Assembly: GCF_006345805.1 (NCBI RefSeq)
Contig: NC_043000.1
Span: 135,594,001 to 135,658,000 of the forward strand
Direction: 5' to 3'
DNA from: Octopus sinensis
Lineage: Eukaryota
DNA length: 64,000 nucleotides
The notes below the pieces were generated by a model. That model had not been told where the DNA came from. It saw nothing but the letters and a program-made list of their open reading frames with translations, and searched no databases. Numbering within the stretch: position 1 is the stretch's first letter; each line of letters opens with the position of its first letter. Below are positions 27,420 through 39,859 of this stretch, piece after piece. The position numbers and the translations under genes were made by a program.

Positions 27420-27640
27420 TATGTGACCGTGTATGTATCGTTGGCGATTTTTTTTCCTCCGTCTTCCCTTTCTTGGGTCTTTCCTTTTTCTATGTTTCTG
27501 ACGAAGAGCTCCGCTCGAAACATTAAATCCTCCTTCTCTCTTTCCTTTCCTGAGTGTCCAATAACACTATACTTGTTCCACGTCCTTGCGTTGTTGTGTT
27601 TTCTCTTTGTGTTTTCATGTTTGGATTAACTTTATATATA
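27420..27640 (+). mobile_element. Probable PLE-type terminal repeat between (TA)n tracts; related degenerate copy on the minus strand at about 10420-10620
   Basis: Contains the hammerhead motif and shares TGGCGATTTTTTT and CGTCCT(T/C)(G/A)CGTTGTTGT blocks with the reverse complement of 10420-10620. Confidence 0.45.
27494..27528 (+). ncRNA. Degenerate minimal hammerhead motif
   Basis: GTTT CTGACGA A GAGC tcc GCTC GAAA CA TT AAAT. Core and stem II intact; the expected ACGT reads ACAT. Confidence 0.5.
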
Positions 27641-27745
27641 TATATATATATTCGAGCAAAGTGCTCAATGAAATGTGTGTGTGCCTGTCTGTCTGTCTTA
27701 TCTTAACGCACACACATTTTATTGAGCACTTGTCAAATATATTTA

Positions 27746-29074
27746 CGAGGGTGGCCTGAAAAGTTCATAGGCTTACAGTGAAGGTGTGATGCTAGAGCTG
27801 TGAAATCTTGCATGCATTAATTTCAGCTCTCCTTATTAATAACTGCATTGTTTCTCTCCAGGTAAACTGACATCTAACTCTTCAAAGAAGGCTTTAAAAG
27901 TAACTAGTAGCGACTTCTCTTGAAAGTGGACAAAATCTGGCATCGGGGTGTTATCAAGTACCTGCATAAAAAGGGTTTAGCCCCCAAGGACATTCATGCT
28001 GACATAATTGTTACATTAAGGGAAGATGCTCTAGCGTTATCAACTGTGCAAAAGTGGGCAGCTGAATTTAGATGTCTGAACGTCTTGCTACTGCCACTAT
28101 AGAGGAAAACGTTGATCGAGTTCGAGTTTTTTTTTCCTCTATTGGACCAGGAGGAGGTAGTGAGGTTTTATAGGGCCTTACTTCGGTTGAGAGTAAACAT
28201 GATAAATTTTGTCCTATTGCTATAGGACAAAATTTATGGTGATGGATGACGGGCAACTGACTATAAATGAAACAGCCAATGCTATTAGTATATCCTATGG
28301 GAGAGTTGAGAATATTCTGTACAATGAACTTAATATGACGACAGTATCTGCTCGGTAGCTATACGTCTTCTGACATGTGATCAAAAGCACACTAGGATGA
28401 TCACATCAAGGGAAAATCTGACATTGTTTCGGGAAGGTCAAGCTGTTTTCTTGAACGTTTCCAAGCCCAGGATGAGCGTTAGGTTCATCATTTTGAGCCA
28501 AATACAAAGGGACAATCCATGCAGAGGAAACACCACTTCTCACCCACTCCAAAGAAGGCCAAGGTCGTTTCATCTGCAGAGAAAGTGATAGCCTCAGAAT
28601 TTTAGGATGCGAAAGGCATATTTATTGGCTATCTTCAAAAGGGCCGCACCATCAATGGAAAGTACGGTGCCAACTTGCTGAGGCAGTTATGAAAAGCTAT
28701 CAAGACCAACCCGCCAGGAAAACTAACGAAAGCGGAGTGGTCTTGTTTCATCAGGACAATGCACCAGCACACAAGTCCTTTTGTGTGACTGTGGTTTGGA
28801 ACTACTTGATCCCTCTCCTTATTCTCCTGATTTGGCCCCATCTGACTATCATCTGTTTCCCAACATGAAAAAATACTTAGCTGTAAACCAGCATGGCAGT
28901 AATAATGACGTCATATCTGCTAATTATTTTTTTGAGCAAAAAGATGAAAATTTATTGACTAATGGGATCCAAGCGCTGCAACATCGATGGAAGACGTTTA
29001 TGGACCGCAAAGGGGATTATGTTGAAAAGTTCATTTGGTGACATTCCATGGTCAGCCTATGAACTGTTCAACCG
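27746..29074 (+). mobile_element. Decayed Tc1/mariner (mariner, DD34D-type) transposon
   Basis: Preceded by TA. TIR core AAAAGTTCATAGGCT with inverse AGCCTATGAACTGTT at 29054-29068. Remnants: RGVIKYLHKKGLAPKDIHAD..STVQKWAAEF, HQDNAPAH, PYSPDLAPSDYHLFPNMKK. Multiple stops and frameshifts; right end cut by a SINE. Confidence 0.9.
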
Positions 29075-29275
29075 CGGGCGAAATGCTTAGCGGTATTTCG
29101 TCTGCCGCTACGTTCTGAGTTCAAATTCCGCCGAGGTCGACTTTGCCTTTCATCCTTTCGGGGTCGATTAAATAAGTACCAGTTACACACTGGGGTCGAT
29201 GTAATCTACTTAATCCGTTTGTCTGTCCTTGTTTGTCGTCTCTGTGTTTAGCCCCTTGTGGGTAGTAAAGAAATA
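29075..29275 (+). mobile_element. SINE family B at the mariner right end
   Basis: Near-consensus body. Confidence 0.9.
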
Positions 29276-29915
29276 GGTTTTCATCTGTATAGATGACTAT
29301 ATTATAAGTGTAGGTTTGTTTCTTTACTTGGTTTTATAATGTTTGCGTGTTTGTATACGTATGTTAGTCGGTATTTGTTTGTATATATGCTTGTGGTATG
29401 CATCTAAAAATGTGTGCGTGTGATGTGTTAATTGGGAGTTACTATTGTAAAGCAATTTTAAGAATAACAACGAAACAGTTACTGTTGAAAAGACTAGGTA
29501 TATGTCTGCATGAACATATGTATATGACTGAGTGAAGTGAGTAGTTGTAGGTGTATGTAAGATCTATCCAGTGTTGCAATAGGCGGAAGAATACAGTGAA
29601 TTAGAGTGGGTTGTGGGGTTTTTTTCTGCTCGCTGCTACTTCACAGTGCAGACAATGTACCATTACACCTTTTTCTCACACTCTCTCTCTCTCTACAGTT
29701 GTTCTCATTATTAATCATAAGTGTAAACAACTGAGTTCGTAGGAGGGCTGGAATGAAGAGAAAAGAGGGCTGAAAAGAAAAGGGAAAATTAGAAGAAAGA
29801 GGGATAAAAATAGATTTAAATATATGTAGAAGAGGACAAAGAATACAAAGTAGATGATGATGATGATTGGAGTGGTAGTGTTAGTATTGGTGCTACTGGC
29901 CGTTAGGTGAGGGTG

Positions 29916-29958
<43 letters not shown>

Positions 29959-29979
29959 TAATAAAATAATATAATAATG

Positions 29980-30050
<71 letters not shown>

Positions 30051-30054
30051 TAAT

Positions 30055-30602
30055 GCCCTGATGCAGTACCAGGCAGGGCTTCATGGCTTCTGATCTTAAC
30101 TGATTGGAAGTGTTATCATGTACATTGTTTTGTCTTGGTATAAAAGATGGGCTACAGCAAATATTCTCAATACCACAGATTTGCTTGTCAGTTGTTTGAC
30201 CTTAACCAGTTGAGCATGTCCCTTAGTGGCTGACAATATGTGCATCTCTGATCACAGCAGAAGAAGTAGTGGGGGAGCATCATAGCCATGTGTTGAGAGG
30301 GATTCTTTGGGGTTTGAATAATTCACCTCTGGAAAAATGGGTGGTTCTTTCAACATCCTTAACAACCCTTTCAGGGACTTTTTGAGCGGGATGGGCTACT
30401 CAACCTGAAGAAAATTCTAACTGGGCCCCACCTGCAAGGTCATGTGCTGTTTATCTTGATATGAGATCACCATGTCGCACACATATGGTTGTGATGCATG
30501 TGCCTGGTGTACCTTTATCAGACGGGTAGTCATGATGGGTATATTGGGCTTCGTATATTTTACCCCAGTGTCACTTTGATGGCATGCACTGCTCTCTCAC
30601 TC
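30055..30602. mobile_element. ~550-bp non-coding TAA-flanked element, copy 1
   Basis: GCCCTGATGCAGTACCAGGCAG...CACTGCTCTCTCACTC, with (TAA)n on both sides; four copies in the window. Confidence 0.8.
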
Positions 30603-30621
30603 AATAATAATAATAATAATG

Positions 30622-30710
<89 letters not shown>

Positions 30711-30711
<1 letters not shown>

Positions 30712-31260
30712 CCCTGATGCAGTACCAGGCAGTGGCTCTCATGGCTTCTGATCTTAACTGATTGGAAGTGTTATCATGTACATTGTTTTGTCTTGATATA
30801 AAAGATGGGCTACATCAAATATTCTGCTCAATACCACAGATTTGCTTGTCAGTTAATTGACCTTAACCAGTTGAGCATGTCCTTTAGTGGCTGACGATAT
30901 GTGCATCTCTGATCATGAGCAGAAGTAGTGAGGCAGCATCATAGCCATGTGTTGAGAGGGATTCTTTGGGATTTGAATAATTCACCTCTAGAAACATGGG
31001 TGTTTCGTTCAACATCCTTAAACAACCCTTATTCAGGGACCTTTCGAGTGGATGGGTTACTCGACCTGAAGAAAATTCTAACTGGGCCCCACTGCAAGGT
31101 CATGTGCTGTTATCTTGATATGAGATCACCATGTCGCGCACATATGGTTGTGATGCATGTGCCTAGTGTACCTTATCAGACGAGTAGTCATGATGGGTAT
31201 ACTGGGCTTCGTATATTTTACCCCAGTGTCACTTTGATGGCATGCACTGCTCTCTCACAC
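30711..31260. mobile_element. TAA-flanked element, copy 2 (tandem with copy 1)
   Basis: Same termini and body, separated from copy 1 by about 108 bp of TAA. Confidence 0.8.
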
Positions 31261-31285
31261 AATAATAATAATGATAATAATAATA

Positions 31286-31340
<55 letters not shown>

Positions 31341-31667
31341 GAGGAGGAGGAGGAGGAGGAGGAGGACGAAGAGGAGGAGGACGAAGAGGAGGAGAAGGAT
31401 GGGGGACCAAGATATTGCTTATGATGGTGTTTTCTTTTTTTTACTTGGCACAAAGCCAGTAAAATTGAGCCAAGCACTGGGATTACATTGATCTCATTGC
31501 TTGGCGAGCGCTTTATTTTATCGACTCCGCAAAGATGAATGGCAAAGTTAACCTTGGTGGTGTTTGAATTCAGAACGCAAAAAGCCGGAAGAAATGCCTC
31601 TAAGCATTTTGTTCGATGTGTTTCTGTCAGTTCGCCGTCTTAATGATAATAATAATAATGATAATAA

Positions 31668-31707
<40 letters not shown>

Positions 31708-31735
31708 TATAATAAATAATAATATATTATTATTA

Positions 31736-34080
31736 ATGAACAAATGAACCAAAAAACTATAGACCCATAACCTGCAACAAATATGTACAAAACACTAACA
31801 TCTGTCCTGACGGAATATACCTATAGTTTTTTAACAGACAGCAGCATATTCCCTAATGAACAGAAAGGATGTAAAACGTGGATCCTACGGCTGTAAAGAC
31901 CAACTACTCATCAATAAGATGATCTTAGAAGATTGTCACAAACGACACAAAAACTTATCCATAGCCTGGATAGACTATAAAAAGGCTTTTGATAGCCTAC
32001 CACATAGCTGGATTATGAAATGCCTGGAAATGTATAAGATAGCACCTGCTCTGTGAAACTTTTTGTCTGTAAGTATGAGATCATGGAGAACCACACTAAC
32101 TCTGAACAGTGACAATGAATCTCTAAATGCTGGTGATGTAAAAATTTCATGTGGCATTTTCCTGGGTGACTCACTGTCACCACTCCTCTTCTGTTTATCC
32201 TTAATACCTCTTTCAAAGCTGCTCAATGACGCGCAGTACGGGTATAAAATGTTTGATAAAAATATAAATCATCTCATTTACATGGATGATTTAAAGCTTT
32301 TTGCAAAAAATGACCAACAACTCAAGGGCTTACTAGCGATAGTCAAACAATTCAGTGACGACATCAGAATGCAATTCGGCCTCGATAAATGTGCAAAGCT
32401 ACCTTTATCAAAGGAAAAATGACAGAAACATCTAACGTTAACCTTGACCAGCAGAATGTCATAAAAGAACTAGACCCAGCGGAGAGCTACAAGTACCTAG
32501 GGGTAATTGAAGGGAACGGAATAAGGCATTCAGAGATGAAGGAAAGGATCAGGAGAGAATGCTATCGAAGAGTGAGAGCAATACTCAAGACAGCTGAATG
32601 CAAGAAACAGGATCGAAGCGATCAATGCATTAGCCATACCAGTCGTGACTTACAGTTTCAATATTGTTAACTGGTCAATTACTGAAATATGTCAGCTCGA
32701 CAGAAAAATAAGGAAACTGTTGACAATGCATAGAATGCACCACCCTAAGGCAGATACAGAACGACTCTATCTGCCAAGAAAAGAGGGAGGCCGTGGTCTT
32801 TTGCAACTGGCAATATCAATGAAGATTGCTACAATTGGCCTAGACACCTACCTGAAAAACTCTGAGGACTGGATGTTAAAACTTGTCTCAAAACATGAAA
32901 ACAAGAAAGCATCATACTCAGTCACAAAACAGGCAAAGGAATATCTAAGTGAATTCCGAATACAACCAATTTCGGAATTAGAGATAGACATACAAGAAAC
33001 AAACACAGAAAAAGCTAGGCGCATGAAAACCCGTGCCAAAACTGCGGCCTTAGATATTCTGAATAATAAATGGCAAGAAAAACCTCTCTATGGCAAATAC
33101 CCAAAGAGAGCGAATAATGCAGATATCGACAAAGCCCTGACCCATCAATGGTTAATGGCCTCTGGCTTAAAATCTGAAACAGAGGGGTTTATCATAGCAG
33201 CTCAAGATCAATGCCTACCAACAAGAAACTACCAGGCCAACATATTAAAGAACGGCAGTAGCCCAACATGTCGTGTATGCCGACAACAAAATGAAACCAT
33301 TGACCATGTTGTCTCCAAATGCAGTCTTCTAGCGCCTACAGAGTACCTCAGTAGGCATGATAGAGCAGCACAATATATTCACTGGGTAATTTGCAAAAAC
33401 CTGGATTTGCCCCATGAAAAAAACTGGTGGGAACACAATCCACCTCCTGTGCTTGAAAATGACCACATCTCACTTCTCTGGAACTTCACCATTCAAACTG
33501 ACAGGAAGATAGATGCAAATAGGCCAGACATCATATTGAAAGACTTCAGACAAAGAACATGCCTCCTCATTGATATGACTGTCCCAATCGATATAAACGT
33601 ATCTGTCAAGACCTACCAAAAACTGAGCAAATATAAAGATCTTGAAATAGAAATTAGCAAAATGTGGAAGCTGAAGACTAAAACAATACCTGTTGTCATA
33701 GGTGCCCTGGGAATGATAGCGAAAGGGACTGATTGCTACCTAACTCAGATACCAGGAAACCCCAAAATGGCAGAAATTCAAAAGATAGTGCTCATGGGAA
33801 CTGCTCATATCCTACGCAAAATACTCTCTATGTAATCCCAAGGTTTAAAACAAACTTCTTTTTTACTTATTTTTTTTTATTTTTTATATTTTTTTTATTT
33901 GTTTATTTTTTATTTTTATGTATTAGACATTCACTAGTACAACACCAAAAAAAAAAAAAACCCAAATATATGGCACAGAACTTCTAACCTGTTGTCTCTT
34001 GAGGTCTCTGGGTGAGACTTGGAGCCAACTTGTACAGACATAAAGCAAAAGTCAAACATAGAATAATAATAATAATAATA
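31736..34080 (+). mobile_element. 5'-truncated R4/Dong-clade non-LTR retrotransposon (RT plus C-terminal restriction-like endonuclease), frameshifted
   Basis: NYRPIT, AWIDYKKAFDS, GIFLGDSLSPLLF, YMDDLKLFAKN; CRVC...ETIDHVVSKC zinc knuckle, RHD, RPDIIL..CLLIDMTVP..KLSKYKDL. Stop at 33835, 3'UTR ends in (TAA)n, and a TAA array lies at the 5' side. Confidence 0.9.
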
Positions 34081-34410
34081 ATCTAGTATAATAAATGCGA
34101 ATACTAATACTAATTTCTGTGTGTCAATGTGTCACACTTAGATCCCGCACTCTATCACTATTCAATGACCTTCCTACTATTCCTCATGATAGGGTGAGAG
34201 TAATAGTAGGCATAGAGACGGTGAGGGCGGTGGCGAAGACAGACAGAGAGAAAGAAAAAGAAAGAGAAAGAGAAGGTATGTGAAAGAAAGAGGGAGATGA
34301 TGTACAACTACGCTTAACGATGTCTCTTTGACAGAAATTCCTATCGCTAACATACTGAACACTCATTTTTTGCTTTCTTTAATACATACATACACACACA
34401 CACACACACA

Positions 34411-34442
<32 letters not shown>

Positions 34443-34452
34443 TTACACACAT

Positions 34453-34499
<47 letters not shown>

Positions 34500-34590
34500 C
34501 ACACATTCACACAAACACAATATATATATATATATATATATAATATTATATATATATATATATTAACACACATACACACACCACACACAC

Positions 34591-34626
<36 letters not shown>

Positions 34627-34759
34627 CACATATATAAAATGCAGTTTAATTGAAATAAAGTTTTCCCAAAATTAAACATATCTAATATAATAAATGTGAA
34701 TGTCAGTGTGTCACACTTTTTCAACTTTAATAAATTCTATCTACTGGAAGCATACGACC

Positions 34760-35030
34760 TCAAATTTTGGAGGAAAGAGAATAAGTCGATTAGATCGAAA
34801 CTAGTATGTAACTAGTACTAATTTTGTCGAGCCCGTAAGGCAAAGTCGACCTCGGAGGAATTCGAACTCAAAACTTAAGAGCAGATGAAATACCGCTAAG
34901 CATTTCGTCCAGCGTGCTAACGGTTCTGCCCAACCCCAGTGATCAACTAATACTTATTTTATAGATGCCGAAAAGATGAAAGGCAAAGTCGACCTCGGCG
35001 GAATTTGAACTCAGAACATAAAGCCGTAAC
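34760..35030 (-). mobile_element. Two SINE B copies, minus strand
   Basis: GGCAAAGTCGACCTCGG.GGAATT.GAACTCA occurs twice. Confidence 0.75.
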
Positions 35031-35118
35031 GGTAGGATAAAATGATGATGATGATGGGGGTGGTGGTAATGGCAATAAAATGAATAGTAAAAATAATCCT
35101 GATGAAGCACCTGATATA

Positions 35119-35785
35119 CCCTGAAACAATACCAGGCAGTCGCTCTTATGTCTTCTGATCTTAACAGATTGGAAGTGTTATCATGTACATATGTTGTTTT
35201 GGTGTAAAAAGTAGGATACAAAAATTTTCTACTCAATACTGCAGATTTGCTTTTCAGTTGCTTGTCCTTAACCAGTTGAGCATGTCCTTTGGTGGCTGAC
35301 GACATGTGCCCCTCTGATCACAAGCAGAAGTAGTGGGGGAGCATCATAGCCATGTTTTGAGAGGAATTCTTTGGGGTTTGGATAATTCTCCTCTAGAAAC
35401 ATGTGTTTCGTTCTTCATACTTAAATGACCCTTAACCAGAGGCAACCAAAGAACTTCACGGATCCCGAGCCACTCTACGCACCAGCAGTACCATGGCAAG
35501 TGCTCTTGTTTTCCATTCTCCCCAGCTTAGGATACGTTTAGGATACGCATTCACCCACCTTTGAGTATGATGGGCTACACGGCCTGAAGAAAATTCTAAC
35601 TGCCCCCTCCCCCATGCAAGGTCCTGCACTGCTTATCTTGATATGAGATCCCCATGTAACGCATATATGGTTGCGATGCATGTACCTGGTGTACCCTTAT
35701 CAGACGAGTAGTGATGATAGGTATATTGGTCTTCGTATATTTGTACCCCAATGTCACTTTGATGGTGTGTACTGCTCTCTCACTC
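35119..35785. mobile_element. TAA-flanked element, copy 3 (degenerate, with an internal insertion)
   Basis: Colinear with copies 1 and 2 except for foreign sequence at about 35436-35560. Confidence 0.7.
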
Positions 35786-35829
35786 AATAATAGTAATAAC
35801 AAAGGCGTTTTCTTTATTCGTCACAAAGA

Positions 35830-36600
35830 TCACAAAGATCATTTAGGATAATACAAGGACAAAGAATAGTGGGGATTACATAATTATGAGTTAAAAATAA
35901 AGACAATTACAATTAACAAAATTCCTCAATAGGGGAGAGCAGCTCTACCCAGAGGCAACCAAAGAATCTCACTGATCCTGAGCCACTCTTAGCACCAACA
36001 GTACCATGGCAAGTGCTCCTCAGTTTTCCATACTCCTCAGTTTACACGCAGCAGCTTAGGATAGGCCTTCTCAGTCAACCCATCTTCAACGCATTCACCC
36101 ACCTTTCAACAAATTTACTGGAGGAAAGTACATCCATCTCAACTTCCGCCTTCTTTCCTTTCCAAATGGAATTTTAAAAAGTTGACGGAATTTTGGCTGA
36201 AAAGGAAAGTATCTGTCTTCGGTCCTTTCAGTCGCGTTCAGACCTTAACCTATTTCACCATAGCCACCAGAAAGAGAACAATTGTCTGTCCTTCTGAGTC
36301 AAAGGAAAACTGCGGAGCAGTCTTTTCAATGGGTCAGCCGATAGCCAGATCCATCCAACATGTGAAAGTAGCTATTCAACCTAAATTCACATGTCAGTAA
36401 TGCCCGAGCACAATAGACGCGCATGTGGAACGATTTCCTCGTTTGGCGCGCATCTCAGGGAGCTTATCCCGAAAAGCATTGTTCCTGCAGCCGCACTGTC
36501 AGGAGATTTCTGGAAATGACCGTAATAGGTGGTAGTATACGGGTTGTAGCATAATAAGATTTTCTCGCTACTTCCTCGTAGCAAATAAATATTACAGAAA
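35830..36600 (-). mobile_element. Degenerate L1/Tx1-like LINE 3' end
   Basis: Frameshifted remnants such as NFFK.. and ..SSKFVERWVNA.. followed by a UTR-like stretch. Confidence 0.45.
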
Positions 36601-37652
36601 GCAAATAAATATTATGTCCCCATCTTCACCCAGCGTATAAAATTAAAAAAAAAAAAAGTTTCAACAATAAACAAATTTTTTTCAAGAAAATTTAAGAAAT
36701 CTTCAGGAGTAAAGGCAAAGCATGTCCAAATGAAATGATATTATCATATTAAAAATATACTATTAAATGTAATATTGATTCAAAAATTTTATAACAAGGC
36801 CTGAAATTTCGGGGCAAAGGTTAACTCGGGCACATCGATTCCAGTGATAATTATTTTAGCGAACCCGAAAGGATGAAAAAGCATAGTTGACCTCAACGGA
36901 ATTTGAACTCAGAACATTCAGGTGGACCAAAATATCACTAAGTAATTCACTCAGTGCGATAACGATTCTACCAGCTCACCACCTCGCTACTAAGCGTAAT
37001 ATTAAAAACATAAACACGTACAGATTGCCATTAAAAAAGTGGGTTACCTCCCCACTAAAAAAATCGAAGTAATGTGGCTACAAACGATTGGATTAAAAGG
37101 GTTAGAGCCTTATGGTTCAATACTTCATTGGTGACGTTTGACCTCCTCAGTATAATTTGTTATAAAAATGTTATCAGATTCAATAAGATGTTTAATTTTT
37201 TTTTAAATTTTCATGTTCATTTCTTTTTTTTTTTTTAGTGTTCATGTTTACCGATATTTTTTAATGAGGGTAACCCAATTTTTTAATGGGGGTAAGATAA
37301 CCAAAAAGTACCAATGGCGGTTGTGGTTGTAATGGAGATGATGTCGATTCTAGTGATTAAATGGGTTGGTAGTAGTGGTTTTGATGACAATTGTTGTAGT
37401 GGTTGTGATGGTGGTGGAGATGGTGATAGTGTTTCTTGGGGTAAGGGTGGTGGTGCTGGTTGCTGGTTGTTGGAGTAATAGTGGTCGTAAGGGGGGAGCA
37501 ATGATGAATTACAGGGAAGTAACTGAATCAGAATGGAACAACAAGGAAAGAAGAGACGGAAATATTGAAAAAAAACCAAAAAAAAAACACAAACAACAAT
37601 AACAATAACAACAACAAAAGCAAAAAGTATTAAATAAGTGGCTTGCTAGAAA

Positions 37653-37808
37653 CAGGAGTGGCTGTGTGGTAAGTAGCTTGCTTACCAGCCACATGGTTCC
37701 GGGTTCAGTCCCACTGCGTGGCATCTTGGGCAAGTGTCTTCTACTATAGCCTCGAGCCGACCAAAGCTTTGTGAGTGGATTTGGTAGACGGAAACTGAAA
37801 GAAGCCCG

Positions 37809-37810
<2 letters not shown>
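37653..37810 (+). mobile_element. SINE family A, 5' half
   Basis: Head up to the internal (TA)n. Confidence 0.9.
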
Positions 37811-37852
<42 letters not shown>

Positions 37853-37899
37853 ATTGCTTCATCTTGAGAGATGACAGCCGTCCAATCAATACACATACC

Positions 37900-39260
37900 A
37901 CAGCCCATCACACCATACAATCACTCCGTTGATGAACCCTTAGATGACTTTTAAGACCAGCTGCTGATTGACATGCGCAAAACCTCCGAATCTGGTTTGA
38001 AACATTCCCACTTGACTCCTAAGATATGCCTGAGGCACTTTTGATGAAATCTCTCGAGTATTTTTATGTGACGTTTGTAAGTGGTCCACCTCTCACTTGA
38101 ATAAAGAAGTGCCGACAATAGACACGTTTTATAGACACTGATTTTTGTCTGCAGGAAAATACCTCTATCCGCCCAAACTCGCTTTTCTAGATTTCCAAAT
38201 TCAACTCTTCCTTCTCTATTCGATAGTATATCTCTTCATCAAGACTACCATCTCTTGACAGTGTGCTTCCAAGGTAAGCAAAGGTGTCAACGACTTCTAA
38301 CCTTGTTCCATTCACAAAAAATGTTTGGTTCAGAATATATTTGTCCTGGCACGGGAGTAAACATTACTTTGGTTTTACCCAAAGTAATTGTGAGTCCGAA
38401 ATGTAAACATGCAGTGGAAAATCTTTCCATTAAATGTTGCATATCTCCCTCTGAGTGTGCCGACAAATCACCATCATCAGCATACAGTAATTTTCGAACA
38501 AGTATTTTGAGTCTTTGCTTTGCATCTTAACCGGGTCAAATTGAAAATGCGACTAGATGTCCGAAATTTGATTCCGATTCTCCTGTCGCAATCCCTGAAC
38601 ACACACCAAATTAATGCAGCAAAATAAATAGAGAAAAGTGTAGGGACAGGAATATTTCCCGCTTTGACACCGTTATCCAACGAAAATTCATGAGATAGCT
38701 CACCATTAAAGACTACCTGAGCTTTCATGTTTCTGTGTAGTTCCTTAAAGATGCTCACAAAATGTGTTGGACAACCAAGTTTATACAAAACAATCCACAA
38801 TACCTCCCTGTTTACTCTGTCATTTCCTTAGTTAAATCTATGAAGAGCTGGTAGAGTAGCATTTATTCCTCTAACCATTTCTCTTGAATCTGCCTCGCAG
38901 AAAATATCATGTCCATTGTTCCTTACTCAGGTCTGAAACTACACTTCTTCAGAAATCACATGTGGACACACATTCTCAGCAAGACGATCTAACATGATCC
39001 TTGAAAGTATCTTCTCGGTACGTGCCAGAAGAGTTGTCCCTCTAGAATTACCACACACCGCTTTCGGGCCCTTACCTTGCATACAGAGACTAGAATGACA
39101 TTTATCCATTCTTTTGGCACAGAATATTCATTCCAAACTCGAGTTATCAGGCTATGAATTTCAGATTAAATATGATCCCCACCTGATTTCAGAATTTCAA
39201 CTGGAATACCATCCAATCCAGGAGTTTTATCTGATCTCAGTTTACATAATGCCAGAAAGT
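37900..39260 (-). mobile_element. RTE-clade LINE RT fragment (pseudogenised), duplicate copy 1
   Basis: KTPGLDGIPVEILKSG, PKEWINVILV, GTMDMIFSARQIQEK, PTLFSIYFAA, LLYADD, YLGSTLSRDGSLDEEI, LERFHQKCLRHIL. Confidence 0.9.
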
Positions 39261-39695
39261 TGAACGAAAGCAGAAAGTATGAAACGCTTGAAACAGAAGA
39301 ATATGATAAGGAGAAACTAAAAGGTGCAGCATTCGATTTTTCTAACACGGAAAAGAAAAGCCACAAAATGATAATCTAATGATTGGGAACCTGGTTGTAT
39401 TACTGGTACTCATGTTATTAACTCCGGATAGAGGAAATTCAAGCTCGCTGACGAAACATGAACTCAGGAAGTATTTGTATGTGAATACTATGCAAATACT
39501 ATGCAAATATTCTTTTAAAAAACTTTTCTTTTAACTTTTCCAAAATTTAATTGTTTTCCATACTTACTGTTGAAAAAGTCTCAATGACTGAAACCGGTAC
39601 TGAAATATTTTTTTATAAAACTATTTCAGCATATTCTACTTTGACTTTTTTCCCATATATATCAACTCGTGTGTTTCTTTTCAACTTTCTACACA

Positions 39696-39736
<41 letters not shown>

Positions 39737-39758
39737 CACACACACACACACACACACA

Positions 39759-39792
<34 letters not shown>

Positions 39793-39859
39793 TATATATA
39801 TATATATATATGATGATTGCTTCATCTTGAGAGATGACAGCCGTCCAATCAATACACAT

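Noticed and set aside
29915-31340. Repeat-spacer-repeat pattern superficially like a CRISPR array
   Set aside because: The spacers are copies of one element, the repeats are TAA microsatellite, the context is eukaryotic and there are no cas genes.
32645-33835. 396-aa ORF as a host gene
   Set aside because: It is the C-terminal part of the frameshifted R4/Dong ORF; the GTG start is not genuine.
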